A stretch of DNA of 62,377 nucleotides, the filler included, from Basidiobolus ranarum (lineage: Eukaryota): assembly GCA_040143965.1 (NCBI GenBank). It is 4 parts of 4 records of this genome, joined end to end, with 100 filler letters (N's around TTAATTAATTAA, not from the genome) between each part and the next. Parts side by side here need not be neighbours in the genome. Positions count along the whole stretch, not along the records: positions 1 to 15,585 come from JASJQH010007249.1; positions 15,686 to 31,224 come from JASJQH010007250.1; 2 more parts are not named here. One strand, 5' to 3'. Of the stretch, positions 11,723-25,542 are shown piece by piece. The notes below the pieces were generated by a model. That model worked only from the letters and a program-made list of their open reading frames with translations, made no database searches and was not told the origin of the DNA. Within the stretch, counting starts at the first letter, position 1; each line of letters begins with the position of its first letter. A program made the position numbers and the translations under genes.

Positions 11723-14700
11723 ATGGTAGTCCAAAACGAAAGAATAACTTACTTGGAAGTGAAGTTGTTTGAAGCCAAAAACCTGACTCCTATGGATGAA
11801 GATACTGGTATGCACATTAGAGTGATAAAGATATACGAGCAACATATGATAACACTAACAATATCCCGAATTTCAACTCGAAATAGGCTCTTCCGATCCT
11901 TACGTGATAATGACGGTTGGAAGTGGAAAAGGTGGTCAATTTGCTCAGTCAAAAACCATTCACGAAAGCTTGAATCCAGTATGGAACTCTAACTTTAAAC
12001 TATTCTTGACTGAAGGTGACTCTAAGGTAGTTAATAGTTCTTCTTTTTTTTATATATCCAGTTTATTTGTACTCACTTGGGTTTTTGGACAAGATAAAAT
12101 TTACTCTATTTGATCGTGATTTTCTCTCTTCGGATGACCCATTGGGTGAAGTAGAATATGATTTTTCTGGACTCACATTCGAATCTTCAGTTGAGAAAAA
12201 TTTGCCCATTGCTGGAAGCCAGGTATAGATGAGAAAGAAAATTTTAAGATTGGTCACAATTATTCAACACTTGTATATTCATAACAAGGGTCAACTACGC
12301 TTTAGTCTTCGTTTAGTTAAAGTAGATAGTAAGTTTCTAGAATAGTACTGCTCACTTTTTGACCTTTCACTTACCTTTTATACTTTTAGGTAATCACGCC
12401 AGAGCACTCTTGGACAATCCTGCTAACACCTCTGTAAATAAATTTCCCATTATTGCCGGTAGAATTCGTTATTAATAACTTACTAATTATACTAAGCTAA
12501 ATCGTCCATGGGCTGGTGCCATCTACCCACCAAGTCAATTCATTCCGTCAAGCAATAGCTTACCAAGCGAGTCCCTTCAATTAGACCATGTATACGGATA
12601 TCGTACACGTGATTGTCGCAACAACATATTTCCTTTACCTACCTCCACCAGTGAATCCCCTGAGCTTGTATATTTTGCAGGCTCGGTAGGAATTGTTCAC
12701 GATGTTAGATCAAATACACAACGATTCTTCACTGGACATAACGATGATGTTATTAGCATAGCAGTACATCCTTCAGGTGAGTATACAGCCACTGGAGACG
12801 TTGCTTCAGTTATTGATCCACAAGGCGGTGTCAAAGTGCACATTTGGCAATCTAAGAAACCAGAAGCACCCCCTGTGGCAACTCTAAAGTGCGGATCAGG
12901 AACTATATTCAAAGGAGTTGTATCCATTTCTTTTTCACCTGATGGCAAATACCTGGTTGCTGTCTGCAAAGATAAGGATCACACCGTAAGTAAAATCAAT
13001 ATGCTTCTCTCTGTTTAAAACTTAACCACCCTCTGCGTACATATAGATTGAAATCTTTGATTGGAAATCGAGCGCCGAGCCCATAACCTCTATTAGCGGC
13101 CACTCTGATTTGGTAAGATGGTATTTACTTACTAAGCTTAGAAGAACACGATAACTCATCATGCAGACAGGTACTCGATATATTGTTCAACCCATATGAT
13201 GGGGCCGAGTTTGTTACTTTTGGAGTAAAGCATATTAAATTCTGGCGCTTTGATGGAAACCCTCAAGCATTGAACAGCAAGAAAGGGATATTTGGACCGC
13301 TTGGAAAGATACAGGTAATATTCTAATATTTCTTTTTAACTAGAGAAACGGCTATTCATTTACTCGATCAACACATTCTTTATCACAGACCATTCTGAGT
13401 GGCACGTTTATCGATAAGGAAACAGTAGTCACTGGCTGTATGGATGGTGACATCTACTTGTGGGACATAGCTAAACGCCAAGTCAGCAGAGTTATTGCTG
13501 GTGCTCACAAAGTACGTTCATAAGCACCTCTGATTAAATTGGTTATCTCCTAATACATCAATTTTTATAAGGGCCCAATATATGCGGTTTATTTCAGCAA
13601 GACTAAGAATTGCATATACAGCGGTGGAAAGGATGGAAGGGTTTTGAAACATGATATGTCTAAAAAGATCGCTCCGCAAGCGATTTGGGAGGGAAGTAGC
13701 GTACGTGCTTTAGAAAGAAGTGGGGAAAACTCCTTGGTAGCAGGTACTGAGGATTCCGGAATTTTTCATTTGGATTTAACAGATACAAAGAAATCAAGAT
13801 TGATTGCTACAGTTAGTATTTTTGATTATATGAAGAGTACATTCTGAAGCGCTAACCAAACCTTAAGGCCCACGATAGCTTCAAAATGAGTGAGGTATGG
13901 GGATTGGCCATACATCCAGACGCGCCAGAATTTATCACCTGTTCCGATGATCAAGTCGTTGCGCATTGGGATATGCATAAAAAGACATTGGTTGGTTTCT
14001 CCAAAGATCTTTAATTTGTAACACGATTAATGACCAGTGCCAAATTTCTCAATAGATCTGTAAAGCAAAACTTGATGTTCCTTTGCGCTCAGTAGCCATT
14101 CATCCTAAGGAGCAACAATTAGCTGTGACAGCAACGACAGATAAGGTACTTTTGTTCCCATCTGGAAGATCAACTTGGACGTACACTCACCAAAAACATG
14201 ATGTTTAAGTTGTTTATCTTGAACTTGCAAGGGCTCTCCAAGATTCACGAAATTGAACCAAGAAAAGGAGGAACAAAGGATAATTGGCAACATGTGGTCA
14301 AGTACTCTCCAAATGGGGAGTATCTTGCTGTTGGAGCGTTCTCGGAGGATAGTGGCATTGATGTGTATGCAACAAAAGGGTGGAAACATCTTGGAACTTG
14401 TCAGGTATGGATATTTATATATGTGTATGTCTGATTGGAATGATTACTAGTAAGTCGGATTGTAATCTCTTTTATTGTTTATTAAAAGGGGCATTCAAGT
14501 AGAGTGATGCGAATGGACTGGTCCAATGATTCCCAACACCTGCAATCAAGTAGTCTTGATTCTGAGCTACTGTTTTGTAAGTCACCCTCTTACCAACGGA
14601 ACATCCATGATATCGAACTAGATAGCTTATATATGATATGTAGGGAACATACCCTCCTGTGAACAAGAGAAGCATCCTTCAAAACTGTCTGATGTGGAGT

Positions 14701-15191
14701 GGAACACTGTTGAATGCCCAATTGGTTGGCCAACTCTGGGGGTCCAAGAATCCTGGATGAATGGGCGAGATGTGAGTGCTGATTTACTCATTATCTTGGG
14801 AAATATTTACTCATTGTCATCGCCACCATGTATTAGATTTATGCGGTTTCGAGAAGCCCAAGAATGAATATCTTGGCCAGTGGGAATACACGCTCCCAAA
14901 TCAAGCTGTACGCATACCCAGCGTATCAAGAAAATGTATAGCTTAGTCATACATCTTGTCAAGAAACATGATCAGTAACACAGTAATTTATTCTAGGCAC
15001 CCAGCAAAACTTACCAAGGACATTCGTCTTTTGTTACGAATGTTGGTTTTTCTTGTGACGGTGAGTATTTAATCTCCACTGGCGGTATGGACGGATCCGT
15101 CATGCAGGTAAGTTAATTTGAAGTACCCATGATAGACTCCAGGACTCTACTAAACCAATACTTCAATTTTTAGTGGAAAGTAGTTGAATAA
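11723..15191 (+). CDS. C2 domain + EML/EMAP-like (HELP motif + WD40 tandem propeller) protein, about 17 introns
   Basis: Spliced translation gives a C2 domain (LEVKLFEAKNLTPMDEDTGSSDPYV...LNPVWN...FDRDFLSSDDPLG), a HELP motif (LQLDHVYGYRTRDCRNN) and WD40 repeats (FFTGHNDDVISIAVHP, EVWGLAIHP, GHSSRVMRMDWS, GHSSFVTNVGFSCDGEYLISTGGMDGSVMQW). Confidence 0.88.
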
Positions 15192-15485
15192 TACCCATGG
15201 AGTTGATACATCTGAACTAAATTGATAATTTCACTCAATCTCAATAAAATGAATTAAAGAACAAATTAAATTTTCAAAATGATTTACTTTGTTGAATTAT
15301 GGTTTGTCGGAAATGATGAGAAATGTTCTTAATTCTACTAAAAAAAGGATCATCTATTGAATGTTGCTTTTCTTGTGATCATGTAGGTCAGGGAGTGTGA
15401 AGTGAATGGTGGGGAATGGGTTTGGTGATAAGCGTTAATGTGAGTAAATTGTATAAGACATATGCATATGAATCGGCAAATTCAT

Positions 15486-15585
15486 TTAGTTCTTGGTAAT
15501 TTCAACACCACCGGTAGCACCAAGGACTCTCTTGATATCACCGTAGATGGCGAATTGAAGGGAAGTCAAAGCACCAACCATGACA
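15486..15585 (-). CDS. MIR1: C-terminal fragment of the mitochondrial phosphate carrier; the rest is in the gap
   Basis: Minus strand reads VMVGALTSLQFAIYGDIKRVLGATGGVEITKN*, the typical fungal Mir1 C-terminus. Confidence 0.8.
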
Positions 15586-15685
15586 NNNNNNNNNNNNNNN
15601 NNNNNNNNNNNNNNNNNNNNNNNNNNNNNTTAATTAATTAANNNNNNNNNNNNNNNNNNNNNNNNNNNNNNNNNNNNNNNNNNNN
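15586..15685. other. Assembly gap with TTAATTAATTAA linker
   Basis: N runs flank an artificial all-frame stop linker. Confidence 0.98.
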
Positions 15686-16030
15686 CCCAACAGCACGTAC
15701 AAAAAATACAAATAGAGTTAGTGATATTTCTCTTCATGATTTATGAAAAATCATCCCTGTTAAACCTTCATCATAACCTATAGATACGATCAATTAATCC
15801 TCGATTGTAACATGAGAAAAGAGGACGCAGGTCGAGAGATCTTCAAAATTCTTGAAGAGCTGATCACCTTCAAAACACATGTTGAAACTAGTCTTTCTGA
15901 TTTGGAGGTACTAGTCAAAGAAGAATTTCAAACCGCCAAAGGGCTTCATTCTACGATAGGAAAGTTTAGTAAAGCAGAGCTCGTTGTAGACACTTCAGCT
16001 TCAAGCTCGCCAGTCATATTTAGCAGTTAA
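15686..16030 (+). CDS. NDC80: Last exons of kinetochore protein Ndc80; the rest is in the gap
   Basis: Spliced QQHVQKIQIE|YDQLILDCNMRKEDAGREIFKILEELITFKTHVETSLSDLE resembles the fungal Ndc80 C-terminal coiled coil (IEYD.L ... L.D.I.FK.H+..SL.D.E). Confidence 0.65.
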
Positions 16031-16559
16031 CTTGAGTATGATTTGTTTCATCTGCTTCAGATATATTTGTAAAGGGCCTAGTCCGTCAAACTGTATATAA
16101 ATCAGGATGATTGTTAACATAGGTTGGATTTCTCTCTATTGCAGTTTTGGTTCGTATTCTCTACTTCACCTCTCTTTCTTATAAAGATCACTTTAGTCAA
16201 TTCGTCAACTTCAACATGTCGAGTCTTTACTCAGCTTGATTCAGCGTCCACGAAACTAGTCTACACCACAAAGGTGCTCTATGTTTATTGTTAATAGCGC
16301 TTACTCTACAAAGGCGAGTAACCCAATATTAGAATCTAGCTTACTTTGAAGACAATAATTTTATATCAATATTTCACTTTTCAAAGAAATAAACAAATGG
16401 TAAACATGATGAAAGTAAACAACGCCCTGATAAATGCTCAAAGCTTTACAATAAATATTAACCTAATAAGAGAATGAAATAAGATAATACATCTAAAGTA
16501 TCCGAGGTTATGTAAAGTTGAAAGTCAAGGCGTGCTGGCAAGGGTGTTATTTTGTTTCA

Positions 16560-18278
16560 TTAATCCTCCAGATTAAATGAGGAATAAACGATAGCTGAGT
16601 AACTCTGAAGTTCTTTGACCGAACACAGAATCTGCGGAAGAAATAGAATATTAGTCAATATCACGAAAACACAGTGAAATCACTACCAACCTCTACATAT
16701 TCATTAGGAACCCCGTTGATGATTTGATGAACTTGTCGACTAATGACTGGAAGCAATGATACCAACGGAATAGCTCTTTCGGAGGCTTGGTCGACAGTAG
16801 GGTCTTCAGGAGAGTCCAACTCATAAAGTTTCGGCGTTGGCCGAACTGGAGTTCCTTTTGATAGGAAAGTGGTGCGCAAATTATAGCTAAGAAAAGAGAA
16901 TGCCTCATCTAGACATGACTGACGGACGACAACGAAGTCCGGGCTTTAACAAGACTAATGTCAGCAAAAGCCATTAAGATAGGAATTGATGAGAATTGAC
17001 AAACCTGTCCAAAAAGTCTTTAACTTCGTCCAATAACATCCTTAATTCGTTATCCATCTGCGGGTCTTCCATTCCACTTCCTTCCTTCAATACTTGCAAC
17101 TCTCCTTCCAAATCATCAGGTAATAAAAGATCACGCATACTGTAAGAAAACAAAATGATAAGAACACACATCACACTAATGATGTGAAGAAATGAAGTAC
17201 TTTGTAGGGGTCCGGTTGTCAGAAAGGTCGCTAGTATTTCCTTCAAATTCAACTCGGGTACGAATCTCTTGGATAGTGTTGACTACATCATGGAGGTTGA
17301 AAGTTTTCTTAAGAGATGTTCTATCGTCAGAAGGGAAATTTGTGTTAGGAAAATAGATTTGAATTGTTCTTGGAACCTGTTTTGACTTACTCTCCGAGAA
17401 CCTCTTCAACAGCTACTTTAACATTATCTACACAACGTTTCCAACCAACATGTAAAAGCCACCAGCTGAAAGTAAGAAACTTTCTTTCTACTTCTCTAGA
17501 AAGACGTCGTCTCTCGTCAGTTGTAGGCTCAAGTCTGAAAGATTTCTCTCTATCTTTTTCAGAAAATGAAAGCACCGAATCAATGTAGATAAAACGACCG
17601 AGTAAATTGAGTTGAATATGAACGAAAATATTTAGCAATACAGTAAGGTAAATAGAAGCTATAGTTTGTGTAAAGCCTAGAGTTGGAAAAGATTTAGAAG
17701 GTGAAACATAAGTATACGGTTGTGATGCTCTTCAATAATTCCTATATTGAGAGTGTTACAAGTATCTTTATAAACCAAGGCTCAACACGTACTTGTAATT
17801 TTTAGTTCTTCCCATAGTTCAAGTTTGGTTTTGCGATCCATAACTTCCTCTGAAACAACAGGCTTTGCTTGGTCTTCATCAATGGACTCAGTAGCTTCAG
17901 GTGGAGTGCGTGTGGTGCGTTTTTGTTGCAGTCTTGCAATCGAACCCTCAACGTTAACTTCGGATATCATTTGTTCACCAAGAGTAGGTAACAAAGAGAG
18001 TACCGTCATGAGACAGTCTCGTTGATTTTGTTCAAATCTTCTTCGTAAGCTTTGTTCGTATATTAGAAAGGATGTAAGTAGAGGTCTAAACTTATAAACA
18101 CGAAGACAATAGGAAATTACTTTTCTTTGGCAACGTTATCCCTAGTGGCTTTCTCTTGTAATTCAACTATCTTACGCTTAGCATATTGTCCTAAAGCATA
18201 GAAACTTCCAATGATACCGGCAGTGATGAAAAAGCCTCGCCTGTGACGTCGCCCGAAATTGGCAATGGACTCGAACAT
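16560..18278 (-). CDS. PEX3: Peroxin-3, multi-exon
   Basis: MFESIANFGRRHRRGFFITAG..., NLRRRFEQNQRDCLMTVLSLLPTL, KLELWEELKI, IQLNLLGRFIY, FLTFSWWLLHVGW, C-terminal ELQSYSAIVYSSF. Confidence 0.93.
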
Positions 18279-20429
18279 GACTTGTATAATGAATGAATGG
18301 AATTTATCTTTTTCCACTACTTGTAGAGGGAGACTCTAGGATACCTCGTCGAGGAGTAGTAGTAGAGACAAACCACAGGATTGATAGGCTACAGAAGGTA
18401 AGGGGGCTGTGGTACCTAAATTCCAAATTATTCGTCTTAACATATGAAATCTTGAGCACTAGAGATTTTGATTTGTCAAACAATCATTTATTTTAGTAAT
18501 TTTAAATACAGCTAAAAGCTGATCTGGAAGGTAATGTTACCGACTATGTTGGTTATTAACTTTGCAATGGTGACGATTCCTTAGAGCCAAACAAAAATCT
18601 ATGAAAAATATATAGATCCGATAAAACCCCGACTCGAGCTTAACGTTAAGCGAATATCATCAAAACACTTTGCCTAGCCACGATTATAGATCGCACTTCA
18701 CCAAAATCCATGATAATCGGTGAAAATAGCCGGAGGAAGTAATCCATAGTAATTAAGAATACCCACCATTGATTACAGTTTTGCTTAGATGCTCCTGGTG
18801 CAAATGCATCCTCTTCCTGCCGCAAGAACATTTTGAGAGTGCATACTTTATTGCATGTCTTTTCATTGTTGAGATACCGATCACTATTCTAACCAAAATT
18901 TATTAATGCTTTTGAACAATTGGTTTGTTTCATTCCATCATAGAACTACGATCCATTACACTGTTAACGTACATTGTTTACTACTTTCAGGAAGATCGTT
19001 AGGTAGAAAATGGAACAGTATGGAATTGATATGTCGGTGAGGTGAGCCAAGGTACAGTACAAAGTAGCCTGCGGAATTCAAAATCCTCAAATTCGAGCAC
19101 ATTAAGCACAGTGGAAACATTCCATTACGAAATCTTATCAATAAACATCATCAACGTACACTTCAGAAACCTTAACATTTTTATGTGCTTTTGGTAATTG
19201 TACAGAGAAGAAATTGAAGTAAACCTGTAAATGATAGAGATCTGGAGAACTGTAGCATCAAAACAATCTTGTGATCAACACACTTCATTGACTCTGTTTA
19301 GATAGTGAATAAGCATGGTAGTCACCTAATGTGATTTCCGCCAAACAAATCATCTCTTGAACTCCAGGAACATATCTACCAGACTGGCTTCTGAACCAAT
19401 GAGTCATCGAGAACCCAACATCGCTTCTGATACTTGAGCATGTCACCTTGCTATTAGAATGTTTGATCGTGTACAATGAAGCCAAAACTGTAATAAAGTT
19501 CTGCAAGGTGAGACATACAAAGCAGGCCTATAAAGATATGAAGTTACAATATATCACGAACAGCCTTTGGATCCATCTACCCTTCTTCCTCGAATGGAGT
19601 CCTTTAAGCACGTGCTCTGAATCTTAAGTGAAAACACCGCCAAATAGATCGTGAACCCAATTTTTAAAGGGCGACTTGGCTAGAACATTGTTGATGTATT
19701 TAACTTAGTAGCACCATAATGAGCATCTTTGAATTAATAAAAGGTAAACATGAAGAGTGGAAATATGTTCAAGTGATCTCACCTTACTCTTAACCTTCGG
19801 TTTATTCATTTGGTACGCTCTCGGATTCTATTTAAAAGTCCGACCCGTCACAATTAAGTGCTACAGCATTATTGATATCGCCGAGGTCTTGATCGAAATA
19901 CTTAACAAGCAATCAACAGTATTGTAAGGTAATGTTGCCATGGTTGCAAGGCCCGATAGATGAAGTAAATCTACTACTTTTGTAACTTATGATCACCGCC
20001 TTTTCGGGTATCCTTTGTCATTTCAAATTATCTCAACTCCAGAATCCCTTTATGGATATAATAATGCCAATACCAAAACTTACTCTGTGGATAAAGTAGC
20101 TAGTCTATCTCATATTCAAGTATTTCTTCGAATTTATCTTGCCTTTATATAGGGCAAAGTGGACTATGCATTTCTAATCCTTTTATTGTCCCATCTAATA
20201 GCCAACCTCATCCTCCATGTTCTTGGAGGTTCCCTCTCTTTCAATCGTCTTGTATTGGTTGTGCTAGTGAGCTTTATCCATTGCTCAGCTCAACCAGCCT
20301 CGTCTCAGCAAAAGTTGTTATGACAGCCCAGTTACCTCTCAGTTTATTTCAGATTACCTCTTTGTTACCTCATCCACTATAGTTCATATTCTAGATACGG
20401 AAAATTGCTCATATAAGCCACCTATCCAA

Positions 20430-21480
20430 GTACTCCATGCTAGAGCCGGCTAAGCTTAAGCAGATGAAGCTGGATGTACTTCACAAGTCTCAGTCTGAAT
20501 ATATTGTTGATAGAGAATGCACCATAAAAGTCGGGTCATGTGTTACAGTATGGAGTACATGGATGATGGCTCATTGGATAAACTTTAACACGACAAAACT
20601 CCTGAGGACGTTCATGCTAAAATAACTCTCTCGATATGGTATGGTTCAGATTTAATTCCACTCAATTCATTTTATGCTGTATTACAAGGATTGTCAAGGG
20701 TCTGAAATTTCTCAAAGATAATCTGTTAGCAATACATCGAGGTGAATATTGATTTTATCGTTTGTAGGCTGATTGTCTCCGCTATTGCAGATGTTAGGCC
20801 TACCAATGTTCTGATTAACTCAAGAGGCGACGTCAAACTATGTGATTTTAGTGTTTCTGGCCAATTCAATCAATCTTTGGCGAAGGCCGATATTGACTGT
20901 CAAAGCTATATACGGCCGTAAGTAGTGCACTTTCTTTCAATTTCTCGATCCATTGAATACTGATTGCTCTGTTACTGTCGTCTGTAGCCTGAGAGAATCT
21001 TCTCTAGTACCACCTAGTCGTATACAGTGCAAACTGAAGGGTCGCTGGGTCTTTCCGTATTAGCTTGTGCTTGGGCACCCATCCTACTGAGCAGTACGAC
21101 AGCCTGGTTTCCAAGCTAACCGCTATCGTTGAAGATCAACCGCTTCCTCTTCCAGAGGATTAGATGAATGCAGTGCTAGTGTATGGTATATAGATTATTC
21201 ATGTAATCTATTCAAGGCTTTCCATAGATATCAATATTTTGCTCCTCACTTAATCTCGTCAAAGACCCTAAAACTGGACCCAAATATTCGGACATCCTGG
21301 TATTTATACACATGCATGCATTGATTCATTATCTATCATCCCTTTGAAACTCGGTTTTCCGCATCATAAGCGCACCCATGGTTACAGAAATACAAAGATG
21401 CTGATGTAAAAGCTTGGGCCAAAGAAGCATTCAGGAAACTCCAGATAAAAGAGAGTATGATATGGTGGCTTTCACCTGAG
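20430..21480 (+). pseudogene. Decayed Pbs2/Wis1-like MAP kinase kinase that retains introns
   Basis: Remnants LEPAKLKQ.MKLDVLHKSQSEYIVD, MEYMDDGSLDKL*, IHRDVRPTNVLINSRGDVKLCDFSVSGQFNQSLAKADIDCQSYIRP, PERI and HPWL. It has stops, frameshifts and DFG>DFS. Intron 20742-20790 is intact. The ends are approximate. Confidence 0.85.
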
Positions 21481-23114
21481 TAAATTTCATCATTAGTTCG
21501 TGAGAGGTCCTCTTTGTTGTTAAAACATTACTGACTGGCAATCGACTGGCCTTGATATTGATTTCAAAAATAATTGCGTGCTTGGTACATCGATTCTGTT
21601 TCCTTGATCTATGACTTCTCAGACACTAAGTAGGACTATCCTTATGGATGCTCTTATTTAATTTTATATTGTTACGTTCTATTCGTTCTGAGGTTGTATT
21701 CTCTACTCGTTGTGAAGCCCCAGTGCCTTACAGACTTACAATAAACCGTACTCGTATTAGATATGTATTTCTTTATGATATGCTCTGTCTCCTTATATGT
21801 ACTACTCTGTGCAGAATGATGATTTTTTTATACCTAGGCTATCCGGTAGCGTACAGTGCAAGAAAGATCCGAAGACCTTCTAGAGGGACAGACTTTTATC
21901 CTTGTAGACATGTAGCTACTTATAGTATAATCTAGCAACACCCCACCAGTCATATTTTTAAAGCAGGGGGAGGATTTGAAATTCATGCATTGATACCGAT
22001 TCGACCACAAACGAAGAGTTTCATCACTCGGCTAAAGATCTCCAATCAGAGCCAGATGCTCTTCACTAGTAGCTGTTTCTAGATGTTCTGTAAAGACAAA
22101 ATTATCCTGGATTATGGAATAAGAAAGTCACGGGTTTGATATTCTGAATTGAGTAAACTCGTACATTGAGAGAGTGCTTGGAGTTGGCATCTACTATCTC
22201 ATCCAACTACGAAAAAGCACCCTGTTTGGTACGTGTTGTTTTTTCTTATCCCATGGTCGCTCCCAAACTGTCAATATCAAAAAGTAAGGTCCTCTGATGC
22301 CTTACCTCGGCACCCTTTGAGGCTACTATTTCTGGGGTGTATGGTGTTTACAACCTAAAAATGAGCTGCTAATTATACTAGACCACGACAAAATCCCAAT
22401 AAATTTTGAACCCTTAGCATAAAGTTGAATGTTCTGTAGATTTTTACGCTGCTAACTGATTTATTACTGTATATCAGCTGTGTATTTAAACCAGCGCGGA
22501 AAGAGCAATTGAAATATATGCCGTAATAATAACTATTGGAGAGATTCCTGTTACGCTGAAGTAATAATCAACAGGAGACAACTTATTAATGATAGCAACG
22601 CCTCTTCTGTTCAATAGTATTTCTGGTGTTACTCGCTTAATGCTCCACGTTCTCGTTGAGTCCATGCCATGCGGTGAGATGCTTGTGCCTAATTCTCAGC
22701 TCATAAATTATGCAACTCTAGGTCATGTTACCATCATATCTCCTCGGTTTCTTATTTTTGATTTTTCTCCGGAAGTAATTCACATGTTTAGCTACCTAGC
22801 CCAAAGGCTAGACCGAACCATTAGCAGAATTTACTCACCACACTAAAGATGCGGGGAATAAAGCTATGGAAATCATTGTCAGAATTCACTTTGATATCGA
22901 TTAAATAACCAAATTAATATTTGTTAAACCCCCAAATCCCCTCATTTTCTCCAGATTTTACTTTGATATACATTAAACTATTGTGACGGGGGAACCCCCT
23001 GGATCTGAGGCAAAAAATGAACACCCCAAAGAGTAGATGCTATGATTTCTAGTGTGGAGACATATACCTGTTTGTCGAGTTTTTCTCTCTCTTCGTTACC
23101 TTCACTTATCAATT

Positions 23115-23661
23115 ATGTTCCGTTCTTTGGCCACTGCTGTTGCTCGCAACTCCCCCGTTGCTATTCGCGCCTCCAAAAGCGCTCGTGTTGTTCAAGGTAC
23201 TTACACCATTATCATATGCTTCTTGACCGTATTTGAAACCATAATCTCTGATTCAAATCCAAGATTTTTTTCACTCTTTATGTTTGTAAAACTTCAACTT
23301 ACGCTATATATGTTTATTTTCTTTGTTAGCCACTCGCTTTTATTCTGCCGGTCATGAGGAAGAATCTTTCGAAACTTTGACTGAACGTTACGTAAAGTTC
23401 TTTGATGGAGTCGACGATTTGTTTGAACTTCAACGTGGTCTTAACAACTGCTTCGCTTTCGTTATGGTTCCTGCCGTCTCTGTCGTCGAATCCGCTCTCA
23501 AGGCCTCAAGACGTGTCAATGACTTTGCTACTGCCATTCGTATCTTCGAGGGACTTAAACAAAAGGTAGAAAACGATGGTCAATACAAGCAATACCTCGA
23601 GGAATTAAAGAGCATCAAGGAAGAACTTGGTGTTCCCACCAGAGAGGAACTTGGTATTTAA
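23115..23661 (+). CDS. COX6: Cytochrome c oxidase subunit VI (Va), 2 exons
   Basis: Mitochondrial presequence, then DLFELQRGLNNCF..VP...ALKASRRVNDFATAIRIFEGLKQKVEN. Intron 23197-23329. Confidence 0.95.
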
Positions 23662-25542
23662 AGTGAAAGTTTATCTACGAAAAGTAAAGGAAAAGTATAG
23701 AAGAATAATTCATGTCTGATTTGAACCAAGCATTCAGATTCATTCTTCTCACATCTCTACATCCCCTTCATTTATCGCTTTCTTCTTTTGTCATATACGC
23801 GTAAATAAATTCCGCGTTCCTAAATATTTTCTTGGATCAATCATGGAATTTACTTCATCCGTAAATCTGTTTTTCTTAACGGTAGTGGTTTAGCTGGTAT
23901 TTTGATTACTATAGGGTATGGTCGTTCTTCAGTGGAATCGCTTCAAAAGAAAGCTGATTGAGCATTTGATGTCAATGCAAAGAGTTATATTAGTGTCAAC
24001 TTCTGACAGTCCAGTTATGCTTTTGGATCCTTATGTTTCCATTACGTAGATCACATTTCCAGGTACGCAGTCACTGCTACTGGGAAGTTTAGTATTATTT
24101 TCAATTCATCAAAAGCTATAGAATATACCACCTTTATGATCCAATGGTTTATAATTAATTGATCAATGATATGCAAACTCAAGATCTCCAGATGACATAT
24201 CTCTATTGACCACTCTCATACTCGGCTTATTCATGGCCAAGTGCTTCTTTTTAGGAGGAATTTATATATATGAGCATCACTGTACTAATAATAGCGGAGT
24301 TTTTCGTTTCCAATTCTATTAACACTATATCTGAACAGTTCGAGAAGTCAGAAGTGAAGTAGGGTGGGATACATTTGTATATTTATTCGCCCTCGAAATA
24401 ATCGAAAGTAAACGTGCGGTGATAACCTCGTACGATCGTAAGGTAACTATTAGTTCGTCAGGAAAAAATGACCTTAAAGACTCAATATACTTGCGAGGAT
24501 AACTGGTAAGAATGTTAGGAACAGGAGTAATCCTCAAGCAGTCATGACGAATCTTGGCAATAGTAATAATCATCAGTGGGCCTAAGGGGAATAAGGGTTG
24601 GGAGCTTAAAGTTGAGAAGGTGAGCAACTCAAAACAAGAGACTAAACAACAACGGGTTGCCATAATGCTTGGGTAAGGGCATAATGAATACAATGACCAT
24701 CAAGAGCCATAGCTTCCTCAATAGTATTAACATTATTGAGACTTGGAAGAATTTGAATATCAAAGCTATAATTTACTGAAGTATAATTTTAGCACCTCTA
24801 CCCGGACCTAATCTTAAATCTAAGGCCCATTCTACTGGATTTTCAAGATTCATACTCCCGGCCATCTCGTACCTACCGTTCATAGTGGTCTTATGTTAGT
24901 GTAGGCTACCCAGTTGTTGGTACCATACAATAATAAGCTAAGTGTTTGAGCACTCAGATAAGACCATAATGAACAAAGGTAGTTTACAGAGATGTTTTTC
25001 TCGCTGAGCACATAAAGCCTCTGTATTGTGAGTTTGGCTGAACTTGTCTATCCTAAAATAATAGTGTAATCCATATGCCTGGGGGCCATCAAAGAGAGAC
25101 CCGAACTCCTTGACTGCTAATATTGATTAATTTAGCTATGGTATGTTTCTCATGAATCTTCTGTCGAATCAAATATGGTATACAGCAATCATTGTTGGGC
25201 CGAGCTCTGCAATAGTAAGCCATATTTCTACCAAGGCATAGCAGTGGGCGTGTAGTCATTAACAACTGATAATGATTTCACTAGTAAGATAATACTTGAT
25301 CATAATTGTGGGCGTACATAATAATATCCCACGAATTACGTATTAGAGATGAGAATTATTTGTGGATGAATTTCGTTGGTACGATAGCTGTTTTCAACAT
25401 TTTTTACAAGCATGACCATTGGCTAACATTCACTAAGCATCATTTATGATTGTTTTTAGATCCTTCTATTGAGATTAAATTGCTCACTTGGTAGCAACAT
25501 ACTCTTGACACACTTCAGGTACACACACACCTATAAGCTATC

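Noticed and set aside
15630-15641. Palindromic TTAATTAATTAA found three times inside N runs (also about 31269 and 46865)
   Set aside because: It is an artificial scaffolding linker with stops in all frames, not biology.
20008-20017. GTATCCTTT U12-like donor upstream of the MAPKK pseudogene
   Set aside because: No matching branch site or exon frame could be established.
24325-24693. 122-aa minus-strand ORF between COX6 and SEC53
   Set aside because: No recognisable domain and a non-ATG start.
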